Of a DNA stretch of 64,000 bases, positions 38,614-48,553 are shown in pieces. The position numbers and the translations under genes are program-made. This DNA is from Bacteroidales bacterium (GTDB taxonomy: Bacteria > Bacteroidota > Bacteroidia > Bacteroidales > UBA3663): NCBI GenBank assembly GCA_017618715.1, contig JAFZTS010000054.1:37298-101297 (forward strand), written 5' to 3'. Position 1 is the stretch's first letter. Every line of letters starts with the position of its first letter. Under the pieces are notes generated by a model. It had not been told where the DNA came from. It did no database searches and worked only from the letters and a program-made list of their open reading frames with translations.

Positions 38614-39393
38614 TCACACCAGCCCTGGCCATTCGCCGCGGATAGGCTTGCACATGGTATAGGTGGCGGGGCATCCATTCACGACGTAGAGATCGTTGTC
38701 GTAGGTCTTGAGGACCTGGACGCCACGCTGTCGGGTGTCCCAACCATCGGCGATGATCACGAGGAAGAAGTGCTTGCCGTTGTACATCGCCGACTCGGTG
38801 TCCTCGTTTGCTGCGTGCTCGATGCGGACGGTGTAGGGGGTGTTGGGGGTATAGGCATTCATGTTCGAGGCACCCTGAAGCAGCGCGGCAGGAAGATAAC
38901 GCTGGCAATAGGAGTCGTTGGGGCGTCCGAACTTTTCCTTGAGGATGCGCAATATCTCACTCACTGCCAATGAGGAGCAGAAGGCGGCAAAGCACTTCTC
39001 CCCTTCCTGGCGATCGCGGGCATAGATTTCCATAGCCATCGGGATGAGGGCAGGCACGGTGTATTCGCTCTTACCCAACAGGTTGCGATAAACCTGCTTC
39101 AACTCCTCCGCGTCCGAGGGGATATTAGTGAACGAGACGAGCACCGCATCCTCGTCCTTCCTTACCGTGTAGTTGTGACCGTTGATCGAGATCGTCTCGG
39201 CCTTCGCTTCTGTCTTCGCTTCTGCCTTTTCTTCGTCTTTCACTTTGTCAAGCTCTTCCTGCGCAGCGGCCGATGCCGTCTTCAGGATTTCTTTAAAGCC
39301 CTTGGTCAGGTCCTCAAGGTTTTTGGGGGCGTCTTTGCTGCCGCCCATCATATTGGCAATCGTCTTGGCGATGTCCTTGAAGTTCAGATTCAT
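38614..39393 (-). CDS. Hypothetical protein (charged helical N-terminus, YLPAALLQGA..NAYTP..PY core)
   Basis: Host-like codon usage; TATATTTG on minus strand at 39499-39506. Confidence 0.7.
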   Translation of the reverse strand: MNLNFKDIAKTIANMMGGSKDAPKNLEDLTKGFKEILKTASAAAQEELDKVKDEEKAEAKTEAKAETISINGHNYTVRKDEDAVLVSFTNIPSDAEELKQVYRNLLGKSEYTVPALIPMAMEIYARDRQEGEKCFAAFCSSLAVSEILRILKEKFGRPNDSYCQRYLPAALLQGASNMNAYTPNTPYTVRIEHAANEDTESAMYNGKHFFLVIIADGWDTRQRGVQVLKTYDNDLYVVNGCPATYTMCKPIRGEWPGLV

Positions 39394-39645
39394 AATGATT
39401 GTCTTTTGGATTATTCACTCGTTATTGTCATTCACTTTTGTTTTCGGCATGCAAGGTATTCTTGTCGATGGATGTCCTGCTTTTCTTGATTGTTGGTGCA
39501 AATATAGTTATTTATTTCGGGATATGCAAGTATTTTTGGGGAAAATGTGGAAATTTTTACTCCACTACGTGGAAGCTTAGCTCCGTGCGCACGGTGTCCA
39601 TCTCGCAAATCTGTTGCGCAAGGAGATGTAAAGAATTTGCGAATA

Positions 39646-41016
39646 TTACTTGATCAGCACCTTGCGGCCGTTGTGGATGTAGAGGCCTTTGGTCGAGGGT
39701 CTGGAGGAGAGACGGCGGCCATCGAGGGTGAACCATGAGTTGAGGGATGGGGTGTTGTCGGTGTGGTCGATGGTGGGGATGGCAATGGATGCTTTGGCAA
39801 TGTAGTCGGACTCGAGGTATGAGATCTTGCTTATGATATTCAAGACGAAGTTCATGGCTGCTTCGACGTGGAGGCCTTGAGTGGTATAGGTTTCGAGCCT
39901 GTCGTCCCCGATGCCGCACTCGTCGCGCAGGAAGTCGCGCATGTGCTCCATGTTGAAGTATGGCACAATCTCGTCGTTGCGGGAATGATAGAGGAAGAAG
40001 CGGGTGTCGGGATTGGGCGTCCATCCGGAACAGAGGGAGTTGTTGTAGAGCGTCTGGAAATAGGAATCCATGGCGGGGTTGGTACGGGAGAGGTTATCGG
40101 TGCGCAACATCCTACTGACCAGAATGCCTGTGGAGTGATCGCCTCCGATGTAAGCGAAGATGGAGTCGTTGATTTCGTCGGCAGAGAGTGCCTTGCTGTC
40201 GTTCCATTCGACGAGCTTGGTGTCGAGGGGTGCCTGGAAGATGTCGCTATAGCTGATGTCGAGGTTTGCTCCCTCGATCTGACCTTCGACGATGAGGGAA
40301 ATGGCACAAGGATAGGGATAGGTGGCACCGGGAATGAGCAGTGTGTCGGTCATGGCGTTGAGGTCGTAGGGACCGTCGCCACAAAGGGTGTAGTCGATGC
40401 GGGAGATGACTTCGGGATCGACTTCATGGGTGTCGAAATAGCGCTGAACGGCCATTGAGGAGAATCCGCCCTGTGAATAGCCGAACTGTGCAAAGAGGTC
40501 GCCCACGGAGTAGTCCATCTGCTTGAGCAGACGGCGAGCGGCACCCACGGCGTCGATGTGGTTGACGGCGGTGGCGTCGGCAATGAGGTAGGCCTGGGGC
40601 TTGTCGTCGGTGACTCCGAAGCCGTAGCTGTCGGGGCTGACGATGATGAAGTCGGGGCCGAGGGTTGCGAATGGGCCTTCGATCTGAAGGTTATCGGTGA
40701 CGGTGGGCGCTTCGTTTCGTTTGGTGATGGTGTAGTGGTTGTTGAGCACGAGGCCGCAGGCGTTGAATTGCTTGTCGCCGATTTCGACCATCTTTGTGCG
40801 CTCGAAGATGCCCTGGGGGAAGATGAGCGCGGAGGAGAGCGTGACGGGAGTGACACCGTCGGGGGCCACGCTCTCGTAGGTGTAGTTGACGCGATAGTAG
40901 GGCATCTGTCCTAACAGGGTGAACGTCATCTGCGTGGTGTCGGTGATGACTTCTTCGGCCGAAAGGCTCAGGGTGCACGCCATGAGGAGTGCGGAGAGGT
41001 AGATTTTTGGGTTCAT
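39646..41016 (-). CDS. Secreted lipase-like alpha/beta hydrolase with T9SS CTD
   Basis: Start MNPKIYL; PDSYGFG, GYSQGG, CGDGPYDL, HSRNDEIVP; WFTLDGRRL CTD; paralog of 26300-27949. Confidence 0.78.
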   Translation of the reverse strand: MNPKIYLSALLMACTLSLSAEEVITDTTQMTFTLLGQMPYYRVNYTYESVAPDGVTPVTLSSALIFPQGIFERTKMVEIGDKQFNACGLVLNNHYTITKRNEAPTVTDNLQIEGPFATLGPDFIIVSPDSYGFGVTDDKPQAYLIADATAVNHIDAVGAARRLLKQMDYSVGDLFAQFGYSQGGFSSMAVQRYFDTHEVDPEVISRIDYTLCGDGPYDLNAMTDTLLIPGATYPYPCAISLIVEGQIEGANLDISYSDIFQAPLDTKLVEWNDSKALSADEINDSIFAYIGGDHSTGILVSRMLRTDNLSRTNPAMDSYFQTLYNNSLCSGWTPNPDTRFFLYHSRNDEIVPYFNMEHMRDFLRDECGIGDDRLETYTTQGLHVEAAMNFVLNIISKISYLESDYIAKASIAIPTIDHTDNTPSLNSWFTLDGRRLSSRPSTKGLYIHNGRKVLIK

Positions 41017-41036
41017 GACATCCTTGTTTTGGGGGG

Positions 41037-41138
41037 CGCTGCGCTCAAAATCCAACAAAATAAATATTAAAATCTTACAATGGCTTCGTCCTTCTTGATG
41101 GATTTTTGATAATATTTAGAGAGATTTTGAGCGAAGCG
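41037..41138. other. About 100-nt imperfect hairpin in the 5' leader of the 41016 gene
   Basis: cgctgcgctcaaaatc...taaatatt / aatattta...gattttgagcgaagcg; TATATTTG on minus strand at 41177-41184. Confidence 0.6.
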
Positions 41139-41356
41139 ACCACTCATGATATTTCGGCTTGTCGAAATGGACGGGGCAAATATAACTATTTTTTTTGAAA
41201 ATAGGTGCAATTAGGTTATAAAAATGCGAGAATTTTGCTTGAATGAGCTATTTTGAACACGAATTAGCATGTAATTTACATGAATAAAAGACTGAAATTT
41301 GGATTGGAATGAAAAACAACGTACCTTTGCGGCCAAGAACACCTTTACATTTATAT

Positions 41357-44300
41357 ATGAGACACATTTTGAATAGAATTGCGGAAAGGCTGCTCGTGCT
41401 TGTGGTGAGCATGTTTTGTTGTCTTGAAGCGATGGGACAAGCTCAGCACTTTTTTACGTCCGATAGACTGTCGAGCAATCAGATCTCGGTGATCTGCCAG
41501 GACACGACGGGTTATATATGGGTGGGAACGGAATATGGCCTGAATAAGTATGACGGTTACCGGTTTACCAACTATCTGCACGAACAGGGCAATCCGACGA
41601 CAATAAGCAGTAACATCATCTCCTTCCTGTTTGTCGATCTGCAAGGCCAGCTTTGGGTGGGTACGCAGAAAGGTCTTGACCTGTATGATGCAGCCAGTGA
41701 CCAGTTCCGATATGTGAATCTGGAAGGTGCCAAGGACGTGCCTCGAATCAACTATATCATTCAGGAAGACGACAACCACCTGCTGGTAGGAACGGCGGGA
41801 TACGGCTTGTTCAGGCTCGACAATCGGACGCTACAATCGCAGCAACTGGAGGGCTATGCCATGGCCGACAACAACTACTTCAGCTATGTCCATCTGGACG
41901 ATGAGGGCAATTTCTGGAAGTCGGGACACGGCAGCAGCATCATCCGACGCGACAAGAAGGGTGAACTGCAGGAGTTCCAATCGCCTTTCGGCACCGTGAC
42001 GGGTTTCGTGAATTACGAACGCGGTGTGCTGATGATTTGCAGTCACGGTCTGCTATACTATCGTGACGGCACGATGCATACCGACTATTTCGACACGAGT
42101 GACCTGGGCGGAAAGGACCTCCTGTTTCGCACCGCCATGAAAGACAAAAGGGGAAACCTGTATCTGGGAACGCTGGGCAGCGGACTCGGCTGGCTCCCCA
42201 AGGGCGAACGCAAGCTGCGGAGATATGAATATTCGAGTGCGACATTCGACCTCAATACCACGAACGTATGGGCGCTGTACGAAGACGATCAGGATAACCT
42301 GTGGGTGGGCTGTCAGCAGCGCGGACTCCTGCTCCTCCCCCAACGGAAACCACAGTTCCAGACGTGGAAGTTTGCCGACCTGCACGTGAATACCGGTGGC
42401 TCGCTGACTTCGATCTGTATGGGTGACAATGGCATGACATGGTGTGCCGTTCAGAACAACGGTATCTTCGGTCTTGATGCCAATGGACGTCTGGTGGCCC
42501 ATCCTTCCTCGCCGAAAGGCACATATATCATCTATCGCGACAAACAGGGCGGCTACTGGGTCGGCACGAACAATGGACTTTACAGTTACAATCCGACCAC
42601 CGGTCAAGCCGTGCGCAAGGTGGAGTTCAACAACGGTTTCGTGAACACCATGGCTGACGATGGACAGGGTAATCTGTACTTTTCGGTATTCTCGGAAGGC
42701 TTCTGCTCGTATAATACCAGGACGGGCGAATTGCGCAGATTCAATATGCACCAGCTTGATGAAAAACGCGGCAGACTGCACAACGACTGGATACTGCGAA
42801 TGTATATGGACAGCAAGGGGAATCTGTGGCTCTGCACGGCTTCGGGCGTGAACTGCTATGACCCAAAGGCCGACAATTTCTTCCCTTACGGCTGGGAGGT
42901 GATACACGACTACAATACCGTGGTTTCGGTTTATGAGACCAGCAATCATCAGATATTTCTCGGTTCGAACACCGGCCTTTACTACTACGATACACGGCAG
43001 GACAGCGTCGTCATGTTCCCAGGGGCCGAAGTGCTGAGCAATAAGGTGGTGGAAGGTATCGTCGAAGACCGTGAGGGCGACTTGTGGCTTAGCACAACGA
43101 TGGGTATCTGGCGTTATCAGGCTGACAAGAAGACCTTCGTGAACTATCTGCATGGCAATGGCCTGGGCACCCGGGAATATATCAACGGCGCGACGATGCA
43201 GACTCCCGATGGGCGTATATGGTTCGGGTTCAGCGACGGCATCACCTCGTTCAACCCTTCGTCCATGCGTGTTAATAGTGGTGTCGGAGGCGACGTCCAT
43301 CTTACAGGATTGTTTATCGGAGGAATGGCCGTGAATAGTCTGACGCTTTCGGATGGCGAGCGTGTGGTGGATGGCCCGATGTCGGAAAGCCGAAACTTCA
43401 ACCTTTCGTATTCCGACAACTCGTTCACGATGGAGTTCTCGTTGCTGAACTTCTCGAATTCGGAGAATACGATCTACGAGTACCGCCTGGATAATTCGGA
43501 AGTCTGGACCAGAACGACTGCCGGCAGCAATTCCATCACGTTCAACCACCTGCAGCCAGGATCTTATTCCATTGAGGTTCGCGCCTACGACAACGGGTTC
43601 TATACCGATAGTCAGACCTACAATATCGTGGTGCGTGCTCCCTGGTATCGCTCAACGTGGGCATACCTTATTTATATATTAGGAGCAATGGCGATACTCG
43701 GCACCCTGCTTTGGATCTATCTGCGTCGTCGGCGCCAGGAACTTGAAGAGGAAAAGATGAAATTCCTGATCAACGCGACCCACGACATCCGTTCGCCGCT
43801 GACGCTTATCATGAGTCCGTTGCATAAATTGCTGAAGCGCGATCTGGATACGGACATGAGAAACGACCTGAAGACCATCGAGCACAACGTGGAGCGTGTG
43901 AAGAATCTGGTGAGCCAGATACTCGATATCCGCAAGATTGACAAGCAGCAGATGCACCTTAAATGCCAGGAAACGAATCTTGTACAGTATGTGGGCAATC
44001 TGCTGAAGACGTATGAATATACGGCCAATGAGCGCGGCATCGCGTTCAAATATTCGCCTGCCATTGATAACCTGAATGTCTGGATTGACCGCAAGGCTAT
44101 TGACAAACTGGTGGACAACCTGTTGTCGAATGCCTTCAAATATACCTTCGACAATGGCGAGATAGAAGTTCGTGTAGGTCAGACCGATAAGGGTATGGCA
44201 CAGCTCCAGGTGATAGACAATGGCATGGGCATCAAAGGCGACGTACACAAGCTGTTCGAACGCTTCTATCAAGGCAGTACCTCGCGTTCGCTGCATATCG

Positions 44301-45295
44301 AGGGAACGGGCATCGGGCTCAATCTCTGCAAGATGATTGTCAATATGCATCATGGAACCATCGAAGCCGCCAACCGCGAGGATGTGCAGGGCAGTATCTT
44401 TACGGTCTGCCTGCCGTTGGGCAACAGCCATTTGACCAAAGAAGAGATTCTCCAGCCGACGGAAGATGAGACCAAGGCTCCGAAGGTCAAATCGCAGTCA
44501 AAGTACCGCGTGCTGATTGTGGATGACGACGAAGAGATCGGCGGTTTCGTGAAGCAGGAACTTGGCGCATACTACCATATCACGGCGGTGACCCGTGCCC
44601 GCGAAGCTTTGCAAAAACTGCTCGATTCGGAGCCCGACAAGCAATATGACCTGGTGGTGAGCGATGTGATGATGCCCGAGATGGATGGCTTCACTTTCCT
44701 GCGTATCGTCAAGACCAATCTCAACCTGAACCATATTCCTGTGGTCATGCTGACCTCGATGGCCGACGTTGCGAACCGATTGGAGGGATTGGAGAAGGGT
44801 GCCGATGCCTATCTGGCCAAACCTTTCGATATGGACGAGCTGCACGTGGTGATCAACAACCTTATCAATAAATCGCTTCGCCTGAAGGGGAAGTATTCGG
44901 GTACCCAGCAGCAGAAGGACAAGGTGGAGGAAAAGACGGTGAAGGGCAATGACGAGATACTGATGGAACGTATCATGAAAGTGATTAACGAGCATCTTTC
45001 TGACTCTGACTTCAGCGTGGAAGACCTCACTACGGAAGTGGGAATCAGCCGCGCCCAGCTGCATCGAAAGATGAAGGAAATGACCGGACTTCCCGTCAGC
45101 GAATTCATCCGAAACATCAGGTTGGAGCAGGCTGTCAGGCTGCTGAAGGAGCAGAAGATTAATGTGACACAAGTGGCATATACCGTCGGATTCAGCAACC
45201 TGGCGCACTTCTCGACGGTGTTCAGAAAGCAGTTTGGAGTATCGCCAACCGAGTATATTGAGCGAAATTTGTCGGAAGATACAAAAACACAATAA
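41357..45295 (+). CDS. Hybrid two-component sensor/regulator (beta-propeller, Y_Y_Y, HisKA, HATPase, REC, AraC)
   Basis: Reg_prop WVGT repeats, THDIRSPL H-box, NLLSNAFKY, GTGIGL, SDVMMPEMDG, AraC HTH; TACCTTTG at 41322-41329. Confidence 0.95.
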   Translation: MRHILNRIAERLLVLVVSMFCCLEAMGQAQHFFTSDRLSSNQISVICQDTTGYIWVGTEYGLNKYDGYRFTNYLHEQGNPTTISSNIISFLFVDLQGQLWVGTQKGLDLYDAASDQFRYVNLEGAKDVPRINYIIQEDDNHLLVGTAGYGLFRLDNRTLQSQQLEGYAMADNNYFSYVHLDDEGNFWKSGHGSSIIRRDKKGELQEFQSPFGTVTGFVNYERGVLMICSHGLLYYRDGTMHTDYFDTSDLGGKDLLFRTAMKDKRGNLYLGTLGSGLGWLPKGERKLRRYEYSSATFDLNTTNVWALYEDDQDNLWVGCQQRGLLLLPQRKPQFQTWKFADLHVNTGGSLTSICMGDNGMTWCAVQNNGIFGLDANGRLVAHPSSPKGTYIIYRDKQGGYWVGTNNGLYSYNPTTGQAVRKVEFNNGFVNTMADDGQGNLYFSVFSEGFCSYNTRTGELRRFNMHQLDEKRGRLHNDWILRMYMDSKGNLWLCTASGVNCYDPKADNFFPYGWEVIHDYNTVVSVYETSNHQIFLGSNTGLYYYDTRQDSVVMFPGAEVLSNKVVEGIVEDREGDLWLSTTMGIWRYQADKKTFVNYLHGNGLGTREYINGATMQTPDGRIWFGFSDGITSFNPSSMRVNSGVGGDVHLTGLFIGGMAVNSLTLSDGERVVDGPMSESRNFNLSYSDNSFTMEFSLLNFSNSENTIYEYRLDNSEVWTRTTAGSNSITFNHLQPGSYSIEVRAYDNGFYTDSQTYNIVVRAPWYRSTWAYLIYILGAMAILGTLLWIYLRRRRQELEEEKMKFLINATHDIRSPLTLIMSPLHKLLKRDLDTDMRNDLKTIEHNVERVKNLVSQILDIRKIDKQQMHLKCQETNLVQYVGNLLKTYEYTANERGIAFKYSPAIDNLNVWIDRKAIDKLVDNLLSNAFKYTFDNGEIEVRVGQTDKGMAQLQVIDNGMGIKGDVHKLFERFYQGSTSRSLHIEGTGIGLNLCKMIVNMHHGTIEAANREDVQGSIFTVCLPLGNSHLTKEEILQPTEDETKAPKVKSQSKYRVLIVDDDEEIGGFVKQELGAYYHITAVTRAREALQKLLDSEPDKQYDLVVSDVMMPEMDGFTFLRIVKTNLNLNHIPVVMLTSMADVANRLEGLEKGADAYLAKPFDMDELHVVINNLINKSLRLKGKYSGTQQQKDKVEEKTVKGNDEILMERIMKVINEHLSDSDFSVEDLTTEVGISRAQLHRKMKEMTGLPVSEFIRNIRLEQAVRLLKEQKINVTQVAYTVGFSNLAHFSTVFRKQFGVSPTEYIERNLSEDTKTQ

Positions 45296-45392
45296 TACGA
45301 AACATACGTGAAAGCCTTGTTAGTAATAATCGTATATCTTTGCACCCAAAATCTACACATTTTACGTATTATTAACTAACAAAATTACACGT

Positions 45393-48300
45393 ATGAGTTT
45401 CAAAGCAAAGAAAACAGCCTTGTGTCTCGGATTGTGCTTCATGGGCATGATCTCTGCACCACAGGCATGGGCTGTACCTCAGTCAACAGCTGCCGTACAG
45501 CAAACGAGGGTGGCAACAGGTCATGTGAGCGACTCGCAAGGTCCGCTGATCGGTGCCACGGTCATGGAGAAGGGCACCAGCAATGGTACCATCACCGATA
45601 TTAACGGTGACTACTCGCTTAAGGTCAATCCCGGTGCCACGCTCGTCATCTCCTATGTGGGCTATGAGACCCAGGAGGTATCGGCAGGAACGGGAACACG
45701 CGTGGACCTGGAAGAGGACGGACACGTAGTGAATGAAGTTGTGGTGATCGGTTACGGTACCCAGCGTCGTGAAGCCGTCACGGGTTCGGTTGCCAACATC
45801 GCCGGTGACAGGCTGAACCAGGTAGCAGCTACCAATGCTGCCCAGGCACTCCAGGGACGTGTTGCCGGTGTGCTCATGACACAGACATCGTCGAAGCCAG
45901 GTGCCGAGATGCAGATCCGCATCCGTGGCCAGCGTTCGTTGAGCGCAAGCAACGACCCACTGATCGTGCTCGACGGAATCCCGTTCATGGGCCAGCTTTC
46001 GGATATCAATCCTACCGACATCAAGTCGATGGATATCCTGAAGGATGCATCGGCCACCGCCATCTACGGTTCCCGTGGCGCCAATGGTGTGATCATCATC
46101 ACCACGACGAAGGACAACCAGGGCGCTCCCGCCAAGGTTTCGTACAGCAGCTATGTAAGCTTCAAGAAGGTATTCCATAAATACCCGATGATGGACGGCC
46201 CCACATTCTCAAAGTTCCGCAAGTATGCAGGCAAGTATCAGAACACGCTCGACGAGAATGACAACACCAATACCGATTGGCAGGACCTCTATTACAAGAC
46301 AGGTCTCAGCTATAATCATGACGTGAGTGTTGCCGGTGGCACCAATGGCGGCAGCTACAGCTTTGGTGCAGGTTACTACCACGACGAGTCGGTCGTTCCC
46401 ACCGAGGGTTACCAGCGTATTTCCATTCGTGGTAACTTCAATCAGGGTGTCGGCAAATACTTCCGTTTCGGTTTGAACACCACCAACAGCTATCACAAGA
46501 CAGAGGGCGTGAACAACATGTACACCGTTTTGAGCATGACGCCACTGGCTTCGCCATACAATGAGGATGGCACTCCCAAGCGTGTCATCATCCAGCCTGC
46601 CGATGACTCTTATGTGATTACCCGCGACGTAGTGGAGAGCCTCGAAGACAGCTGGCTCAGCAATAACAAGGGTATCGGTTCCTACAATACACTCTTCGGA
46701 GAAGTGAAGTGCCCATGGATCGAAGGTCTCAGCTATCGCATCAACGTTGGTCTGAACTTCCGTTCTTCGAAGTCGGGCTCATTCACGGGTACCGGCGTCA
46801 ACAACAAGGATGAGAACTCTGTGAACAGCGGTTCGGTATATGAGAACCAGACCTATAACTGGGCAGTTGAGAACCTGATCACCTATGACCATGCCTTTGG
46901 TAAACATAATGTCAACGTTGTAGGTATGTACTCTGCCGAGCAGACCACTTTTGAACAGAGTGGCGGTTCGGCTCAGGATATTCCTGCCGACTATTTCCAG
47001 TACTATGCACTTGATAAGGCTACCGGTGAGGCTAACCTCGTTGGTTACAATTACTGGCAGAGTGGCCTGATCTCGTGGATGGGTCGTGTAATGTACTCCT
47101 ATGATAATAAGTATATGCTTTCGGCTGCCCTTCGTTCGGACGCATCATCGCGCCTTGCCGAGGGTCACAAGTGGCATACCTATCCAGCTGTCAGCGTAGG
47201 TTGGAACATCGCCCGCGAAGGCTTCATGGAGGGCACCAAGTCTTGGCTCGACAACCTCAAACTGCGCGTAGGTTACGGTGAGACCTCTAACCAGAGTATC
47301 AACCCCTACTCCACCCTCGGTGGTCTGGCTACCCGCAACTACAACTTCGGCGAAACCTACAAGGCAGGTTATTATGTAAATGCATTGCCTAACCCCGACC
47401 TTGGTTGGGAGTACTCGAAGACCTGGAACTACGGTATCGACTATTCGCTGTTCAGCGGACGCATCTCCGGATCGTTTGAATACTATGTTCAGAAGACCAA
47501 CGATATCCTTCTCGACGTCAGCCTCCCCTCTACCTCGGGTGTGAGCAGCTATACCGGCAATATCGGTAACACCGAAAACAAGGGTTGGGAGTTTACCATG
47601 AATGCTGTCATTTTCGACAACAAGAATGGCTGGAACTGGGATGCAGGATTCAACATCTACCAGAACCGCAACAAACTGACGAAGCTGACAGGTGCCCTTG
47701 ACGAAGATGGCAAACCTGCTCCTGACGAGGGTAACCGCTGGTTCCCCGGTCATCCGATTGACGTAATCTATGACTATGAGTACGAAGGTCTGTGGAACGA
47801 GAGCGACCTTGTCTATGGCCCTGATGGAAAGAGCAATCTGGACGTCCTGGTACCTGGTGGCAACCTGGGTATGATCAAGGTGAAATATACGGGCGACTAT
47901 GATGCCAACGGCATGCCAACCCGCGCCATTGGTCCCGAGGACCGTCAGATCATGAGCATGGAACCCGATCTCATCGGTGGCTTCCACACTACCGTAGGTT
48001 ACAAGGGCTTTGACCTGAACGTCATCGGCGCCTTCCAGGTCGGCGGCAAACTTATTTCGGCTATTCATTCTTCGAGCGGTTACCTGAATATGCTCACCGG
48101 TCGTCGTAACAACCTTGATGTTGACTACTGGACCGAGCAGAATACGGGAGCCAAGTATCCGAAACCAGGCGGCATCCAGGATGGTGACAACCCGAAGTAT
48201 GGTTCCACCCTTGGCTATTTCGACGCAAGCTATCTGAAGATCCGTGCCATCACCCTTGGCTACAACTTCCATAACCTGAGAGCCGTCAAGGACTTCGGCA

Positions 48301-48518
48301 TCAGCAACCTGCGCCTCTACGCAACCATTCAGAACCCGATTGTTCTCTTCTCGCCTTTCACCGACGAGAGCGGACTTGATCCCGAGACCAACTCCTGGGC
48401 CAACGAGAATACTGCAGTAGCCGTTTCGGGTTACACAGGCAAGCACAAAATGCCAATCGTAGGTTATAACACACCTTCCACCCGTAACTTCATGTTCGGT
48501 CTCAATGTGACATTCTAA
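45393..48518 (+). CDS. susC: SusC/RagA TonB-dependent transporter
   Basis: VVVIGYGTQ, ALQGRVAGV, LKDASATAIYGSRGANGVIIITT, C-terminal GLNVTF; TATCTTTG at 45335-45342. Confidence 0.96.
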   Translation: MSFKAKKTALCLGLCFMGMISAPQAWAVPQSTAAVQQTRVATGHVSDSQGPLIGATVMEKGTSNGTITDINGDYSLKVNPGATLVISYVGYETQEVSAGTGTRVDLEEDGHVVNEVVVIGYGTQRREAVTGSVANIAGDRLNQVAATNAAQALQGRVAGVLMTQTSSKPGAEMQIRIRGQRSLSASNDPLIVLDGIPFMGQLSDINPTDIKSMDILKDASATAIYGSRGANGVIIITTTKDNQGAPAKVSYSSYVSFKKVFHKYPMMDGPTFSKFRKYAGKYQNTLDENDNTNTDWQDLYYKTGLSYNHDVSVAGGTNGGSYSFGAGYYHDESVVPTEGYQRISIRGNFNQGVGKYFRFGLNTTNSYHKTEGVNNMYTVLSMTPLASPYNEDGTPKRVIIQPADDSYVITRDVVESLEDSWLSNNKGIGSYNTLFGEVKCPWIEGLSYRINVGLNFRSSKSGSFTGTGVNNKDENSVNSGSVYENQTYNWAVENLITYDHAFGKHNVNVVGMYSAEQTTFEQSGGSAQDIPADYFQYYALDKATGEANLVGYNYWQSGLISWMGRVMYSYDNKYMLSAALRSDASSRLAEGHKWHTYPAVSVGWNIAREGFMEGTKSWLDNLKLRVGYGETSNQSINPYSTLGGLATRNYNFGETYKAGYYVNALPNPDLGWEYSKTWNYGIDYSLFSGRISGSFEYYVQKTNDILLDVSLPSTSGVSSYTGNIGNTENKGWEFTMNAVIFDNKNGWNWDAGFNIYQNRNKLTKLTGALDEDGKPAPDEGNRWFPGHPIDVIYDYEYEGLWNESDLVYGPDGKSNLDVLVPGGNLGMIKVKYTGDYDANGMPTRAIGPEDRQIMSMEPDLIGGFHTTVGYKGFDLNVIGAFQVGGKLISAIHSSSGYLNMLTGRRNNLDVDYWTEQNTGAKYPKPGGIQDGDNPKYGSTLGYFDASYLKIRAITLGYNFHNLRAVKDFGISNLRLYATIQNPIVLFSPFTDESGLDPETNSWANENTAVAVSGYTGKHKMPIVGYNTPSTRNFMFGLNVTF

Positions 48519-48553
48519 GAATGAAGAAAAGAAATAAAGAAACAATTACAGTT

